Shown piece by piece: positions 11,801 to 29,700 of a stretch of 64,000 nt of DNA; the first letter of the stretch is position 1; the number at the start of each line of letters is the position of its first letter. The position numbers and the translations under genes are program-made. Under the pieces are notes generated by a model. That model was not told where the DNA came from. It was given only the letters and a program-made list of their open reading frames with translations, and ran no database searches. The stretch is from Vitrella brassicaformis CCMP3155 (Eukaryota > Protista > Chromerida). Location of the stretch: positions 434,001 to 498,000 of the forward strand of contig CDMY01000243.1 of assembly GCA_001179505.1 (NCBI GenBank). Reading direction: 5' to 3'.

Positions 11801-14800
11801 ATTCTCACCTGAAGAACAAAGTTCTGAAGGTGCCGATTTCATCATATCACCGCGTCTTACCTGGCTCAACTCTTGTTGCATGCGGCTCAAGATAGAAATG
11901 CTCCTGTCCGCCTAAGTAGATCTCTCCTTCAGCGATTGCCACGTTGTCGTCCTCGGAGAGTTCTTTCATTAGAGCGTCCAGAGCTTCAGCCTTGTCCATG
12001 TGCCGATGCCTGAATAATGCACCACAACGCTGTACTTCCACGCGCCATCGTCGTAGTATACCTTTCGCTTGTCACGCGTCCGACGGTTAGGGCGGTTTGG
12101 TGCGGCAGGGCCGGGCCGAAGTCAAAGTAGGACCTCTCGTGAATGGCCTCCACACAAGATCACAATGGTCAAACCAGAACTTTGCAGATTCCCGTCCGAC
12201 ATCTTTTCTTACATCTTCGATGGAGATTACAGCAGGCAACTCTTCGTACGCCACCTTGACCGCAAACATCGCTTCTTTCGCGGCCGCAGGACTTGTTGCG
12301 ACGACGACGCCAAGAGGTTGTCCGACGCAATAGACCTGAGAGGAGAGGGCCCAGGTTCTTTCTTTTTGTGTCTTTTGTCAATCCTCCAAGGAAGGTTTGC
12401 GAGAACCTGCGAGGTTGCGAAGACCTCTTCATCTGGGAGAATTGACCCGACCCAGTTGACTCCCTGCAGCCAAGCAGACGCTCTCATTTAGCCGCCTCTG
12501 TCAGGCCTTCCTCCTCTTTCGGTTCACTGACTGGAATATCTTTGGCGCTGGTGAAGTCCACAAATCCTGGGACCAGCTCAGCAGCTGAGGCATCGATGCT
12601 GACTATCTTGGCTCTGGCTTTTGTGGAAACCAGCAGCTCGCAGTGAAGTTCATCAGGCAGTAGGGGCATATCATCGGTGTAAACAGCCTTGCCTGATATT
12701 TCAGTACATCACACAGAAACACCATAAGTCGTAAATCCTGCGAGCTGTCCCGTCTGCGAAGCGACCGGTGACATGAAGGTCTCTGAAAAACAACGAGACG
12801 TTCAATTATCAAACTCCGAAGAGAACATTCTGTAATGTGTTGAGCAGGTCTTTTTTACCCAGCCATGTGCTTTGTCGACTGCCCTGCTTGTCCCTTCGCC
12901 TCCTGAGATGCAGTTCCGGAAGGAAAGCACGAATGCTGCACTCCGCGAACTCCTTCGTGCACGAAGTTGTTCGTGAGATGCTGCAATACAGGAGCAATTC
13001 ACTCACATGGTTTGCGGATGACTTAGTGATTTGGCACACGGGATGCCTTGCGCTTACGCTCAGGCAGGATTCCTCTCCGGGTTGGACCGCACTGCTCAAG
13101 CGATGCGAACTCGCGGAGACTTGCAGAAAGAACTTGAACAAGAACGACTGTGTTAGCGACTGGCGATACTCCGCCTGCGCAGTCAGATCAGTCAATCTTT
13201 CAACGATCAAGCCCGCGTGGAGTAGAACCTCTGACCTGGCCGCCTGGCACGTTGTGTGGGAGGTGAAGAGCCTTGTCCATAACCTCGAGAGCACCGTCAA
13301 TGATCTCTCTGCTCCATGGCTTGCCGGCGAAGTAAGTACTCAGCGCCGGGCAGCATATCGTGAAGGGCGCCATTCCTGAATTGCGAAAATGCGCACCCAT
13401 GTCATGCCAACACCCTGAGAGCCTGGTATTCCATATCCTCTAGACTCTCCACGCACCGCCGAAGGAGAAGCAACTGTCCACGATGATGTCTGAAGAGAAA
13501 ACGCGAAATCTTTCTTAACTTACCGGCTCAGCGTACTCACTCACCGCCTGAGAGCTTGACGCGCATCCCTGCGTTAACGATCGCAATGTCATCTTCACGG
13601 CGGCGGCACTGCATTAACGAAGATCACAGCGCCACGGCGTACAGCAATCTGCACCAGATGGAAAGACGTTTGCTTGCTGTACCTGTTTGAAGCCGAAGAA
13701 GAATTCGTCACTGTCGCGTGGGAAGGGGATGAAGAGACTCACGGCAACCTCGTTGGGCCTCACGTCAACTTTGCGATATCTGCGATCGAACACGAATGTT
13801 AAAGCTCCAGTTTGCATGCATAGAGTATGAATCACCCTGTGAAGAAGTTCTTATCCAAGCGTTTGTCTCGATATGAAACTTCTCCAACCGACTCCGCGAG
13901 GGAGGCGAGCCGTAGTGTGCATCCTGGGAGTAATCGGTTTCTTGCGTGTCCGTGGTCGGTCTTCACTTGCATCAAGTCACTTACCAGCTGCAACATGCAA
14001 TGGATTTAGGTCAGATATCGGACTGGCCGTAACGATCTGACAACAGAAACGGATGCAAACGGATGCACTCCAAGTAGTCCCTTTTTTTTGAAGACGTCCG
14101 CTCACGTTGCCGCCAAGGCTTGCCACATTTCGAATCTGAGTTCCAGCGAACCAACGCAGCTGATTCACATATGCCTGCGTGAATCAAACAAAGCAGCGTC
14201 TTGCAATTTTCCACAGTCCGAGATGCTGCTTTACGCCGCACCTGCAGAATCCTTCTTTTCCATTCAAGATTTGCGCGGCGGAATTCATTGGCCTTTTCTT
14301 CGAATGACATGAGCACCGTGGACAGGTCAACGCTGCAGCCAATGCGGACCCCTGTTGTCACGAACGTGCGCACACAACCAGCAAAGGGATTTGTGCAACC
14401 GATCATATATTAATCGTGCAGCTGACCGTTTTCTTCCCAGTGCATTTCTAGGAGTTCCGCCACTCGACTCGTCGACAGCAAGCTCAATGGATACTGGTGG
14501 TTCCTCTTGAAGAACTTTTCAATGCGACGCTGATACAGAAGCAACCATTCGATTGTATAAAGACGCAAATCTCCACAATCCTACGAAGATCACACCTCGG
14601 TGTTGCCGACAACGAGCCTCAGGGGCAGATTCTTGAGATGGTGATGGCGGATAATTTGAAGAACATCGATGAGCGTATTCGGACTGTACCACTCGACGGG
14701 CGAACCCAAATGCCTTCAATCAAATCGTACACAGAATGTAGAATGATCGTTTCCTGCGCTGTGGCCCTGATCCTACCGGCCAACGTAATGAAGAGGCGGT

Positions 14801-15809
14801 AGGCTTGAGGGCAGCTTGTCAAACAGCCTCTTTGCCTCTGCATCGTGGCTTTTCAGCCATTCGCCAGCCGCAGAGCCCTCATACGCAGCCTCTTTGCCTC
14901 TGCACTTCTTCCTGCCGTTGCACGCGTGTCCAGCTGCTGGGAAGGATTCTCGTCCTTCGTGGACGTCGTCGGCGAATGTCTTGAACGCGTCGAGGATCGG
15001 ACGATAGCCAGTGCACCTGAAGGCAAGCAGTGCGCACAACTTTACCGAAACAGGTGAATGCCATACCGTGCACACAACCTTACCGACCTGCAGAGATTGC
15101 CATCAAAACCATCCTCGATGTCAGATTCGTTGAAGTGATCCCGGTTCATCCACAACGAATACATGGACATCACAAAGCCTGAACACCGAAATAGCGATTA
15201 TCAATGACCGCCACAGTTAGCTGTAGTACCTACCTGGCGTACAATATCCACATTGGGAACCATGGCTGTCAGAGAGCGCCTGCTGGACAGGATGGAGTGC
15301 CTTCTCCGAGCAAATGCCTGACAATATCAGGATCACAGGTCACAGGAATCGCTTGCCATACCGCCGCAGGCTAGCGCCTCACCCTCGACTGTAGTGACAG
15401 CAGTCCCATGCAGGGAGCATATGGGTGCGAGGCAGGCGTTTATGCTCTTGTGAACCAATTCGCCACTGCGCGTCTTTGACGACACCATCACTGTGCAAGC
15501 ACCGCATCCTCCCTCGCCACACCCTTTGACAACAATCGAGGAAATGATTTGCAGGCTTTGTCAGTTCCTTGAAGCGAGCATCTTACCCAGCTTGGTTCCC
15601 GTGAGGCGGCACTTCTGACGCAGATACTCTAGCACCGTCATCTCTGGATCAACCTTATCATGCTTGAGGTCATGACGCTACAGAGAACACAGAGGGGGTG
15701 ATGTTTCGCGCGGCGGATGAACCATCGTTCCTCTTCGTACCTTTCCATTCACCCAGAAAAAGAGCGTGGATGACAGATCTTCCACGCTACCCTCCACGCT
15801 ACCCTCCAT
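8826..15809 (-). CDS. XDH: Xanthine dehydrogenase (2Fe-2S / FAD / molybdopterin)
   Basis: [114 protein letters not shown] and [17 protein letters not shown] are all present. The gene has many short introns. Confidence 0.97.
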
Positions 15810-16497
15810 GATACACGCTAGCCGAGGTGGACACGACCGAATCAAAACGTGCCCACTCTCGTCCAAACTGACGTGATCGGCTTCGATCTGCTTCACACCT
15901 GTAAAGGACCACTACCCCGCGCTGCGAGCTGTGCGGATGCAAGCTGGCTGATTGAAAAAAGCTCGCATTTTTTCCGGCCAGGGTACCGTTCCTCGCCGCA
16001 CAGACCGACCGTCTGGCGTGAGCTGTGGAACGATATGTGAGACCTCGGCTTCTTCCTGACACAGATTGACATGTGGTTATACCTTGGCGTCTTCTGTATC
16101 GCGGGTTAGCGAAGCACACAGGTGATGAGAGGGGCAGAGAGGGGAGCGGCTAGCAATTGGAACAGCTGGCGAGTCGTGCTTGTCTGTGTGTCCACACAAA
16201 TATGCGTGCACGTTTATGCAAAACATCATTTGAGGGAGACATCGTCTTTGTATGTAGGTCTGTGTTCATGCATATTGATAAAAAAAGGGGATGAGCTGCA
16301 TGTCTTCGAGTGCGGCCGTTCATGTACATGAACAAAAACAGTCGAGAACAATCACTATCCCCTAGCCTTGGCCTTCACGGCAGACCGCCTCACCTCCAGG
16401 ATTACAGACCTCGCTGACCTGCAGGCAGTGCTGTGCAGACTGCGCAGGAATAATCTGCTGCCGTGCTTCCATTCCTTCGCTCGCATTGGATGCACCG

Positions 16498-18459
16498 CTA
16501 GCGATGGGAGTTGGACTGCAAGGACTGGAGAGGTGTCGGGCCGACTCGAGCCCGTTGCCGCATGGCGAGATCGCAGAGCACCTGTGGAGTAATGTCGTGA
16601 CTAATAATCTAGCAGGTGAACGGGGCCCGAAGTGCGTGTTGCAGCTTACAATGGCTGTCATGGACTCGACTAGCGGCGATGCCCTGCTCAGCACACAAGG
16701 GTCGTGCCGACCCTTGACAACCAGCTTCTCGACCACGCCATCAAAGCTGGCTGTTTCTTGCTCCAACGAGATGGATGAGACAGGCTTAATAGCCACTCGG
16801 AAGACAATGTCTTGCCCTGTCCAACCAAACACGGGAAGGAGATTGGTGAGTGAGCCATGCATCCCAGAGAGAGAGAAGAAATGATCGCTGACTGATGCCG
16901 TACCTGAGGTGATGCCACCCAGGGTGCCACCTGCATTGTTGGTCCGTGTGTAGAGCAGTGACGAGTCAGCGTCCTTGCCCGCGAAGAGATCGTTGTGCTG
17001 CGACCCAGTCATCTTCACCCCCTCAAACCCCGTCCCGACCTCAAAACCCTACGGGCAGACGGCCAAACAACACACATCAGACGGCCAAAGCGGCCCTGAC
17101 TAGACATGAAGTCAATAGGCACCTTGGTTGCCGGGAGCGACATCATTGCCTTGGCAAGCTCGGCCTCGACTTTGTCTGAAAACCGAAGGAAGCATGGTGA
17201 CCGACCATGATCTCATGATGCTGCTCTCACCGAAGCACGGCTCCCCTAGCCCCACGGGGCATCCGCGAACGACAGTCGTTAGTATCCCACCTGTTGAGTC
17301 TCCCGCCGCCCGTAGCTGGCCGACAGACACGCAGACATTTGGTGACAGAACAGCCTGCAAGTTTGCGTCCATCCTGTGGTTGTTGTGCCAGTAATGCACC
17401 TGTTGGATTCGCGCGGCCATTATGGCTGCCGATGGAGCATGGGGGCACCGTGTGTGGATCTTGGTCTCTTTGACCTTGGCGCAATCTTCAGGCATTTGAC
17501 GGCCCTGCTTTTCCCCAGTAGGTTCCCCGCTGCTTCCCTCGTATACGTTGCCGTATACGTCGACGAAACGACCTACGTACACGGGCCAATCGTGTGGTCG
17601 GAGACTTGTCGGTGGTGAGTGTGCCCAGGTCCTTCTACCATCCTCCAGCTGCAGAAGAGCGCCGGACGAGTCGATCTCATCCCTGGTAGGCGGCGTCGTC
17701 TCTGAAAGGACCAAGTGGCCAGCGAAAACCAGGAGAGCAGGAGACTGTATCGACTGTCAAACTGACTAGCGCGACATATGACCGACCCAGTCGTTTGGCA
17801 ACGTCCTCAGGCAAGCGAACGTGCCCGACAGCCGACACCTGAAAGGAAAGTGAACGAGCATACTGGCAGATCAGTCCCTTTTGCTTTATCCCTGTCCGAC
17901 GCTTGGTACCCAGGTGACAATGGACGTGCCGTACTGCTCACGAAGCCACTTCTCAGCGATCCCACCCTGCCGACAGCGCACAACACCACGATGATGTACA
18001 TGTCACTCCCACCGAGCATCATTCATCTGTTAACATGGTTGTCGCCAGCCCAGATGTGTGGAAGTGTCTCCCTCACCGCAGCGACTCGTCCGATTGTTTC
18101 TCGCGCGGAGGCTCTGCCCCCTCCGCTCGAGGCCTTGATGCCGTACTTGACTTGGTAGGTGTAGTCCGCATGGCCAGGGCCTGAACCAGGCGCGTTATAA
18201 AAACCCTCACACCTTATCCGTATTTAAACAATGGCTGGATGGCTGGCTGGGTTTCTGCTTTGTCTGTCTACTGACGCGGAATGCTGCTCGTGTTGGCGTA
18301 ATCAAATTTCCTGCCAACAGCCAGCAGCGTGCCACATCCAACCCTTCACAGTGCTTGTCGGTCTCTTCGCACCCACCGTTGATCCTGGTTCCGAACAATC
18401 ATCGCCACAGGCGTGCCTGACCATACAAACATCTTCTTCTTCCTTCCTTCCTGCCTGCC

Positions 18460-18491
<32 letters not shown>

Positions 18492-18916
18492 GAAGTCGCC
18501 TGGCTCAATTCCGAACCGACCTAGTGTGACGCCATTCTCGGTACCAGAGAGGATGCTCACCACATCGCCCTGGACCAGCACAACACAAAGGCCGAATTGT
18601 GACAACCATCCATGGTACAAACCTGAGCTGAGCGGTGGCTCCCCTGTGCCGTGCTGTACTGTGCTGCATACCTCCTGTCGTTGAGTGGTCAGGCTGGACT
18701 GGCCGGGACGTCTCCGGGTGAGCTGCGGCTGCACATCCTCTTCTGTCAGCTTAAGGCCGGGCGGCACCCCGTCCACAATGCAGCCCACGCCAATGCCGTG
18801 GCTCTCGCCAAAAGTCGACACTCTAAGGAGCGCACCAACGGAAAGCAGACATGCAGCAACCAAAGCCGGTCCGTCCACATGTGCTCCCACCTGAATATGG
18901 ATCCGTACACACTCAT
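16498..18916 (-). CDS. aroC: Chorismate synthase
   Basis: MSVYGSIFR|[48 protein letters not shown]...[58 protein letters not shown]. Confidence 0.96.
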
Positions 18917-19267
18917 GAGGGAGGCGTTCAGTCTTCCCACTTCAGCTGTCCTGAGGTCAAAATGATGAGTACTGGCGACAGATCTTCAAGTTGGAGACTG
19001 TGGGACGAGCTTGGAGGCTTCGCTACGGAGGAGCACAGGACATTGTATGGTGTTGTGAGATGAAAAGTCCCAGGAGAGTCCTTCGGAGTCCTTTTGATTT
19101 GTCCGGCGCCCTCTCCTCTCCCTCCACGAGCACGGAGCTCGAGCAACCGTGAAACTTTCATATGATTGGTCTGGCTTTTTTCCCCCGCCCTTTTGCAACA
19201 GCTGCCGGCATCCTTCCTTACAGTCGCATCCATGTATGCATCCATTGTCAACACAGTCAACAGGTGC

Positions 19268-24097
<4,830 letters not shown>

Positions 24098-24768
24098 CCC
24101 GCGTCGCAGTCAGGGGTAGGAGAGGCGCGAGCTCATAGATCGCATTAATTTATCGCATTTCGAGAGCTACTTTCTGTAGACAAAAGTCTCAGAGGTTCGC
24201 GGACATTCATTCATCCGTGCACTGCGAAAATCATGCCCTTTGGAGCTCTGGGTGCTCCCTGACCATGAATGTGATTCCTGGCCAGCTGGCTGATCCCGGA
24301 GAGATGCGGGCATCAAAGAGCTGGAGGGCAATGCACGCCTCAATGTACACACAAACACGGATGGATGGATGGATGGATGGATGGATGGGTGGGTGGGTGG
24401 TTGGCCTCAATTGCAAAGGCGACTGAAGGCAACACAGATGAACATTGATTGAGGCCCGCTTCGAGACAGCAGCTTCTGTGTCGTGTGTAGAGACATCAAC
24501 AACGGGGCCGCCTTGGGATGTGATCGGCGGCCGCAAGCAGCGCGGTCTTCCCCTCTAGCAATTGAGGGGAGCAGCGAGACCAGTGGGTGCATGTAAATAC
24601 GTAGAATGCAAGCTGACTTGCGAATGGTTGTCACTCATGGACGCCAGTCATAATATTAAGCATGTACGGGGTAAGTCCGGCGGCCATTGATATTTTGCTC
24701 CTTTAACAACAAGTGCGTCACGTCATTTGGTATATGCACGTACGTGTACGTACGTCTCTATCTTCCGA

Positions 24769-24847
24769 TCATTGATGTCCAGCCGCCAGTAGAGCCTGCT
24801 CCATCGCCAGCAGCCTTAAACGTAAAACAAACGGGGACATCCATGCC

Positions 24848-24880
<33 letters not shown>

Positions 24881-26640
24881 CCCTGTTGGATCCGATCCCC
24901 ACCCACCTCCTGGCGTGTTCACTGTTGGCGAGCTTGTGGTAGTTATGCGGTCCGCGGGGCTTCGGCTGCTGCGTCTTGGCTGGTTTCTGGGGCGGCCGGT
25001 GCTGCTTTGCCATGTGGAAATCGGTGTGATACTCGATGTTGTGAGGCTCGTGGAGTATCCAATCCTCCAATGGCTGTGAATAGTGGTCTGTGACGACCAT
25101 GAGTCTCTTTGTCTGAGTGATGGCTGAGTCCTTGATCTGCTGCACAAGCATCGCCATATGGCGCCACTGTTTCTGGATGACGTGCTCTCGGCTGGTCGAT
25201 GGCAGCACGGGATTCACTTGCCCCACAACACAATTCACCAACTTGATCTGAAACGACCACAACACAACACAACACAACACAACAAGCAGGCAGGCAGGCA
25301 TGCAGGCAGGCAAGGCAGGCAGGCAGGAGAGAACGATCTTCATGTCCCCCATCGGCTGGCTGCAATCAATCGATGACCTGGACCATATCGGTTGTATTGC
25401 TGCCCCGTTCAACGACATACCGGCCTGTGTGCAGAGACACGACACAAATGCAGGGACACGTTGCACTGCACTACCCGACACTTCACTTCCTTCCCTTGCT
25501 TGGTGCTGTGTGTGCTGCGTGCCTGATGATATTCTGGTGATGTCCTTGATGTAATGTGAGAGGAGGAGAGGTCGGCGTGAGAAGACTGCCGCCAGGGCCA
25601 CTTCCACCTCGTCCAGCAGGTCCACAGGCACATACTTGTACACAGGGGCTCTCCTAGAGGCGCTACCATCCGTCTCCTGCGGATCCACGGGCTGGATGCC
25701 CGGCAGACACCTGCTCACATGCACCCTCAACGATGGACTCTTGCCCTCCGACCCTCGGCTCTTCCCCGGCTGTCTCTCCAGGGGGAGTGCCATCTCAACT
25801 GACAGACAGCAGACAACACGCATACTTACGCAGCATGAATGACGAGGTACTGGGACGCGTTGTAGACCCGCAGGAACATAGATGTCTCACCTGGTTGTTC
25901 TGGCACACACGATTGGAGGATCGCTGTGTACTGGTCGAGTGTCTGTCGTGCATCACCGCCCGCCGCAATATCGCAGCCGCCCCCCCAGACAACGTCAAAC
26001 AGCATCGCCGGTGCGGCAAGCGTGACCGTGATCTTAATGTCGGTGGAGCCGCCATCATCCTCCTTCCCCACCTCCCCCTCGCGGAAGAGGGGCACGATGA
26101 CGTCCACACGTGGGGAGAGATCTCCGGTGCCAGACCAACGTAGTCCTGCACAGAGGCCGACCCTAATGATTGCCGCTTGGACGACTACCTACCTACCTAC
26201 CTACCTGCGCATTCCACCTCATAGTCCAGCACACGATCCAGGCCCTCCACACCAGTCACACACAAGCGCACGTGAGGCACCTGCACAGAGGAAGCAGGGC
26301 GGGGCGTGTGGGGTCGTAATGGACGTCTCATGCATCTCTCGTGCAGCTGGGGCGGCACCTTTGCAAAAGCAAAAGCTCGTGCCAGGTCGGCAAAAGTCTC
26401 CCCCTCGAGCTGCCCCAGTGGGCACTGGCCTGCGAGTAATGGACAGACACACACAGCGCATCGACAGCGAACAAACCGAGGGAGGGATGTGTTGTCGCCC
26501 ACATGTCACTCGTTCCGTCCGCTCGGCACATGTCGGTGAGCGAGTGACATCACAGGCGGTGAATGGAGCCCAAAGCGTCGAAAGGAGGGATGCCATCTCC
26601 GCCTTGAGTCTGCGTGCCCCACAGTCTCAGCCCCCAGTCT
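24769..26640 (-). CDS. Hypothetical protein, multi-exon
   Basis: Phase-compatible exons can be chained (...SCVPEQP|VEMALPLE...DITRISS|GRYVVERGSNTTDMVQ|IKLVNCVVGQVNP...EHARR|LLAMEQALLAAGHQ*). No recognisable domain; the 5' end is uncertain. Confidence 0.5.
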
Positions 26641-26784
26641 CAGCCCACTTGCGGTGAGGATGTGGCAAGCTAGCCATTTGAATCAATTTCCACGCCCTAC
26701 TACAGTACCCATTCATCCACCCGAATGCAATCAGTCCCTACTGCTGCCTGGCTCCCTCCCTCCCTCCCTCCCTCCCTCCCCCGG

Positions 26785-29700
26785 TCACAGCTTGTTGGCC
26801 TCAAGGAACTTCGGTATATTGAGTTGGCCGAAGAGGGGCGGCCTCTCCTTGTTCTCGTAGCAGACGATCTCGTCGCCAGGCTGCACGTCGTCATGCACCT
26901 TGAATATGATCGCACCCTCTACAGCACAGCACACAGAGCGCCACATCAACAGACGGGACACGGGCGTGTATGAGGAATATGTGCCGGTGTGGTGCGTGCC
27001 TGACCTCCTTTAGGCATTTCAGTGGCCTTCTTTCCCTGGACCGACATGGACAAGACATTCAGGCCCTCAGCTATCACCACAGACCGCCGTGTCTGACACA
27101 CACCACAGGCGATGTCCAAACACATCCTGCCTGTAGTGTCACTCCACCCCTCGTCTTTCTGTCTGGGTGGGAGGCTGCCTGGCTGGCATGCTCACGATTT
27201 TGTAGAAGTAGTCGTTGCCAGCTGCTGCTCGTCCCTCTTTGAGGTCGACGCCCGCGACAGTGCGGACCTCCTTGGACTTGTCCCGGTTGGTGACGGTGTA
27301 GTCGCCCGTACGCGTGACGATCATGCGGCCCACCGTCTTGATCAGGTAACGAGGGCCGAAGTGAAAGTCATGCAACGCCTGAATGAAGGACAGACAGACC
27401 CGACAAGACACGAGACGGCAGACATGCCACAACACGACATCTATGTACGCCCACCTCGAGGTCATCGAACAGTTTGTAGATGATCTCATGTTTGCGGAAG
27501 ATCAGCTTGTGGCGATGAAGCAGCTTAATGAACCACACAGACACACAAAAAACAGCGGCAGCACCAAGGCCACGCTCAATTCCGCCGCGAAATGAGTTGA
27601 CTGGTCATCGTAGTGTGGTGACTGACTGGTTGTGACTGACTGACCTGATGCACCCTGGAGCCCTCGAGGGGTTCCACGTTGAAGCCAAGGACGAACGAGT
27701 TGCTGACGGCTGCCTTCTCCACATCAGCCTCCGTGACAGCCCCCACACCAGAGGACACGAGGGCGAATCGGTCCCTCCGCTGCTCGTCTTTGGCCGTCCA
27801 CTGGTCGAGGTAGTCCTTGATGGCCTCCATCGACCCGTAGTTGTCAGCCTTGATAACCAGACCCAACTGCTGACCCTCAGCCGCAGCGAAACTCTCCGGC
27901 ATAGCCGGCTGGCTGCCGCCGTCCTCCTCCAGCCCCTCTCGCCCCTCGTGTTGGTCGTCGGTGTGTGTTGGTGTGTGTTCTTGTTGCAAGGACTGGTCTT
28001 CAGCGTCGATGAGGTCAGCGTCCGACTCACCCGGCATGTGGTAGGCCTTGGTCATCATCTTCTTGTGCAGATTGGGCGACTTGAGATGCACACCCTTGCC
28101 CTCCAGCACCTGCATGCAGTCCAGTGCAGTGCACAGACACATGGGCGGACAGACAGACAGACAGACAGACAGGTGTTTACAGGATGTCGGCTGTGTGTAT
28201 GGCATGGCATCCAGCCCCTCCCCCTGGGTCTCACATACATGTTTCTTGAATGCGAGCACGTCCCTCGTCACAGCAGACGTCTGGTCCGACTCCTCCAACT
28301 GACGCATCTGAGTCGATTTATCAAGTGATGAACCAAAGCCAACGCCACCAACACACAGCGCACGGTATGTATGTATGTCTTTCATATTAGGCAGCTTTGG
28401 CCCTCTCTCTGATTCCCTTCGTTCCTTGCGTGGCGTGGGTACCTCCTCGGCCCGCTTCCTCATCCTGGTGATGGTGCCGGCGGTCTTTTGGTCCCTGACG
28501 ACAACGAGGAAGTCTCCCGCCTTTGGTGTGACGCCCGTCAGCCCCACCACCTCCACTGGGGTGGACGGCGTCGCTCCCCTGGAGGAGGACAGCGGCCGTC
28601 TGGCATGGTCCAGCAGCTGACGGATCCGCGAACTGTGGGTGCCGCACACCACATAGTCACCGACCTGCACACATACACACATACATGGATGCATGGATCA
28701 ACGAATGGATACACACACACATGTGACACACAGGTGGGTGACACGGATAGCCAGACAGACAGACAGACAGACAAGTGTGCCGGCTACGATGTACAGCTAA
28801 TGTGACAGAGTCAGTCAGTCGTGCTCCATGTTCGGTGGCTTGCTTGCCTTGAGTGTTCCCCGTTTGACGAGCACCGACAGGACACGCCCCCGGCCATCAC
28901 CAAGGCTGCACACACACACAATACGACGGGACCGAAAGGGCAGCCAGCCATTCATTCTCTTCCTCATTGCCTGAGTCTGCCTGTGCGTGCGCGTGTGCGT
29001 GTGCACGTGCATGTGCATGTGTGCGCGAGTGGTTGCAGCCTGCCTGCCTGCCTGGCTGCCGTTTACTTACCCTGATTCGAGTATGTATGCCTCGGCCCTG
29101 GCTTTGTAGTCTGCGTGTAGTGTGAGCTGGTCGGCCTGCTGCACGACGGCCTCCTCCAAGTCATCCAGACCCACATGCTCCTTGGCACTCACTTCCACTA
29201 CCTGCATGTGCGACCAAACAACACCCACACACATCCATGAAGGTTCAAATGAATGACAGACATGTTCATTTCATTCAAATGAATGACACACAATACAATC
29301 AACCCAGTCAGTCAGCCGCATTCCGGCCTCTTCCGCTATACAAACGAGTGAGTACTGATGGATGGCCCGCTGACTGACTGACTGACCGACTGACCAGTGT
29401 GTCGCCGCCTTGTTTGGCGTCTCTTAGGTCCAGGTCTTTGAGCTGCTGCTTGACCCACTCGATGTTGGCGTTGTCCTTGTCGATCTTATTGACGGCCACC
29501 ACTATGGGCACACGCGCATCGCGAGCCTGCTGCAGCGCCTCCAGGGTCTGCTCACGTCACGCACACGACGAATGAGAAGATACAAGGACCAACATCACCC
29601 CATCCCTTCTGCTGCGTCTGGTGCGTGTCTCTTTATTTACCCACCTGTGGCTTGACTCCGTCATCAGCGGCGACGACGAGTACGACCACGTCGGTGACGG

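Noticed and set aside
8826-18916. XDH plus chorismate synthase as a metabolic (pterin/folate) gene cluster
   Set aside because: There is no direct pathway link or shared promoter; tandem adjacency is adequately explained by chance.
26725-28328. Plus-strand ORFs with plausible-looking hydrophobic sequence (for example 26725-26973 and 27648-28328)
   Set aside because: They are antisense to IF2 exons, which explain the codon pattern.
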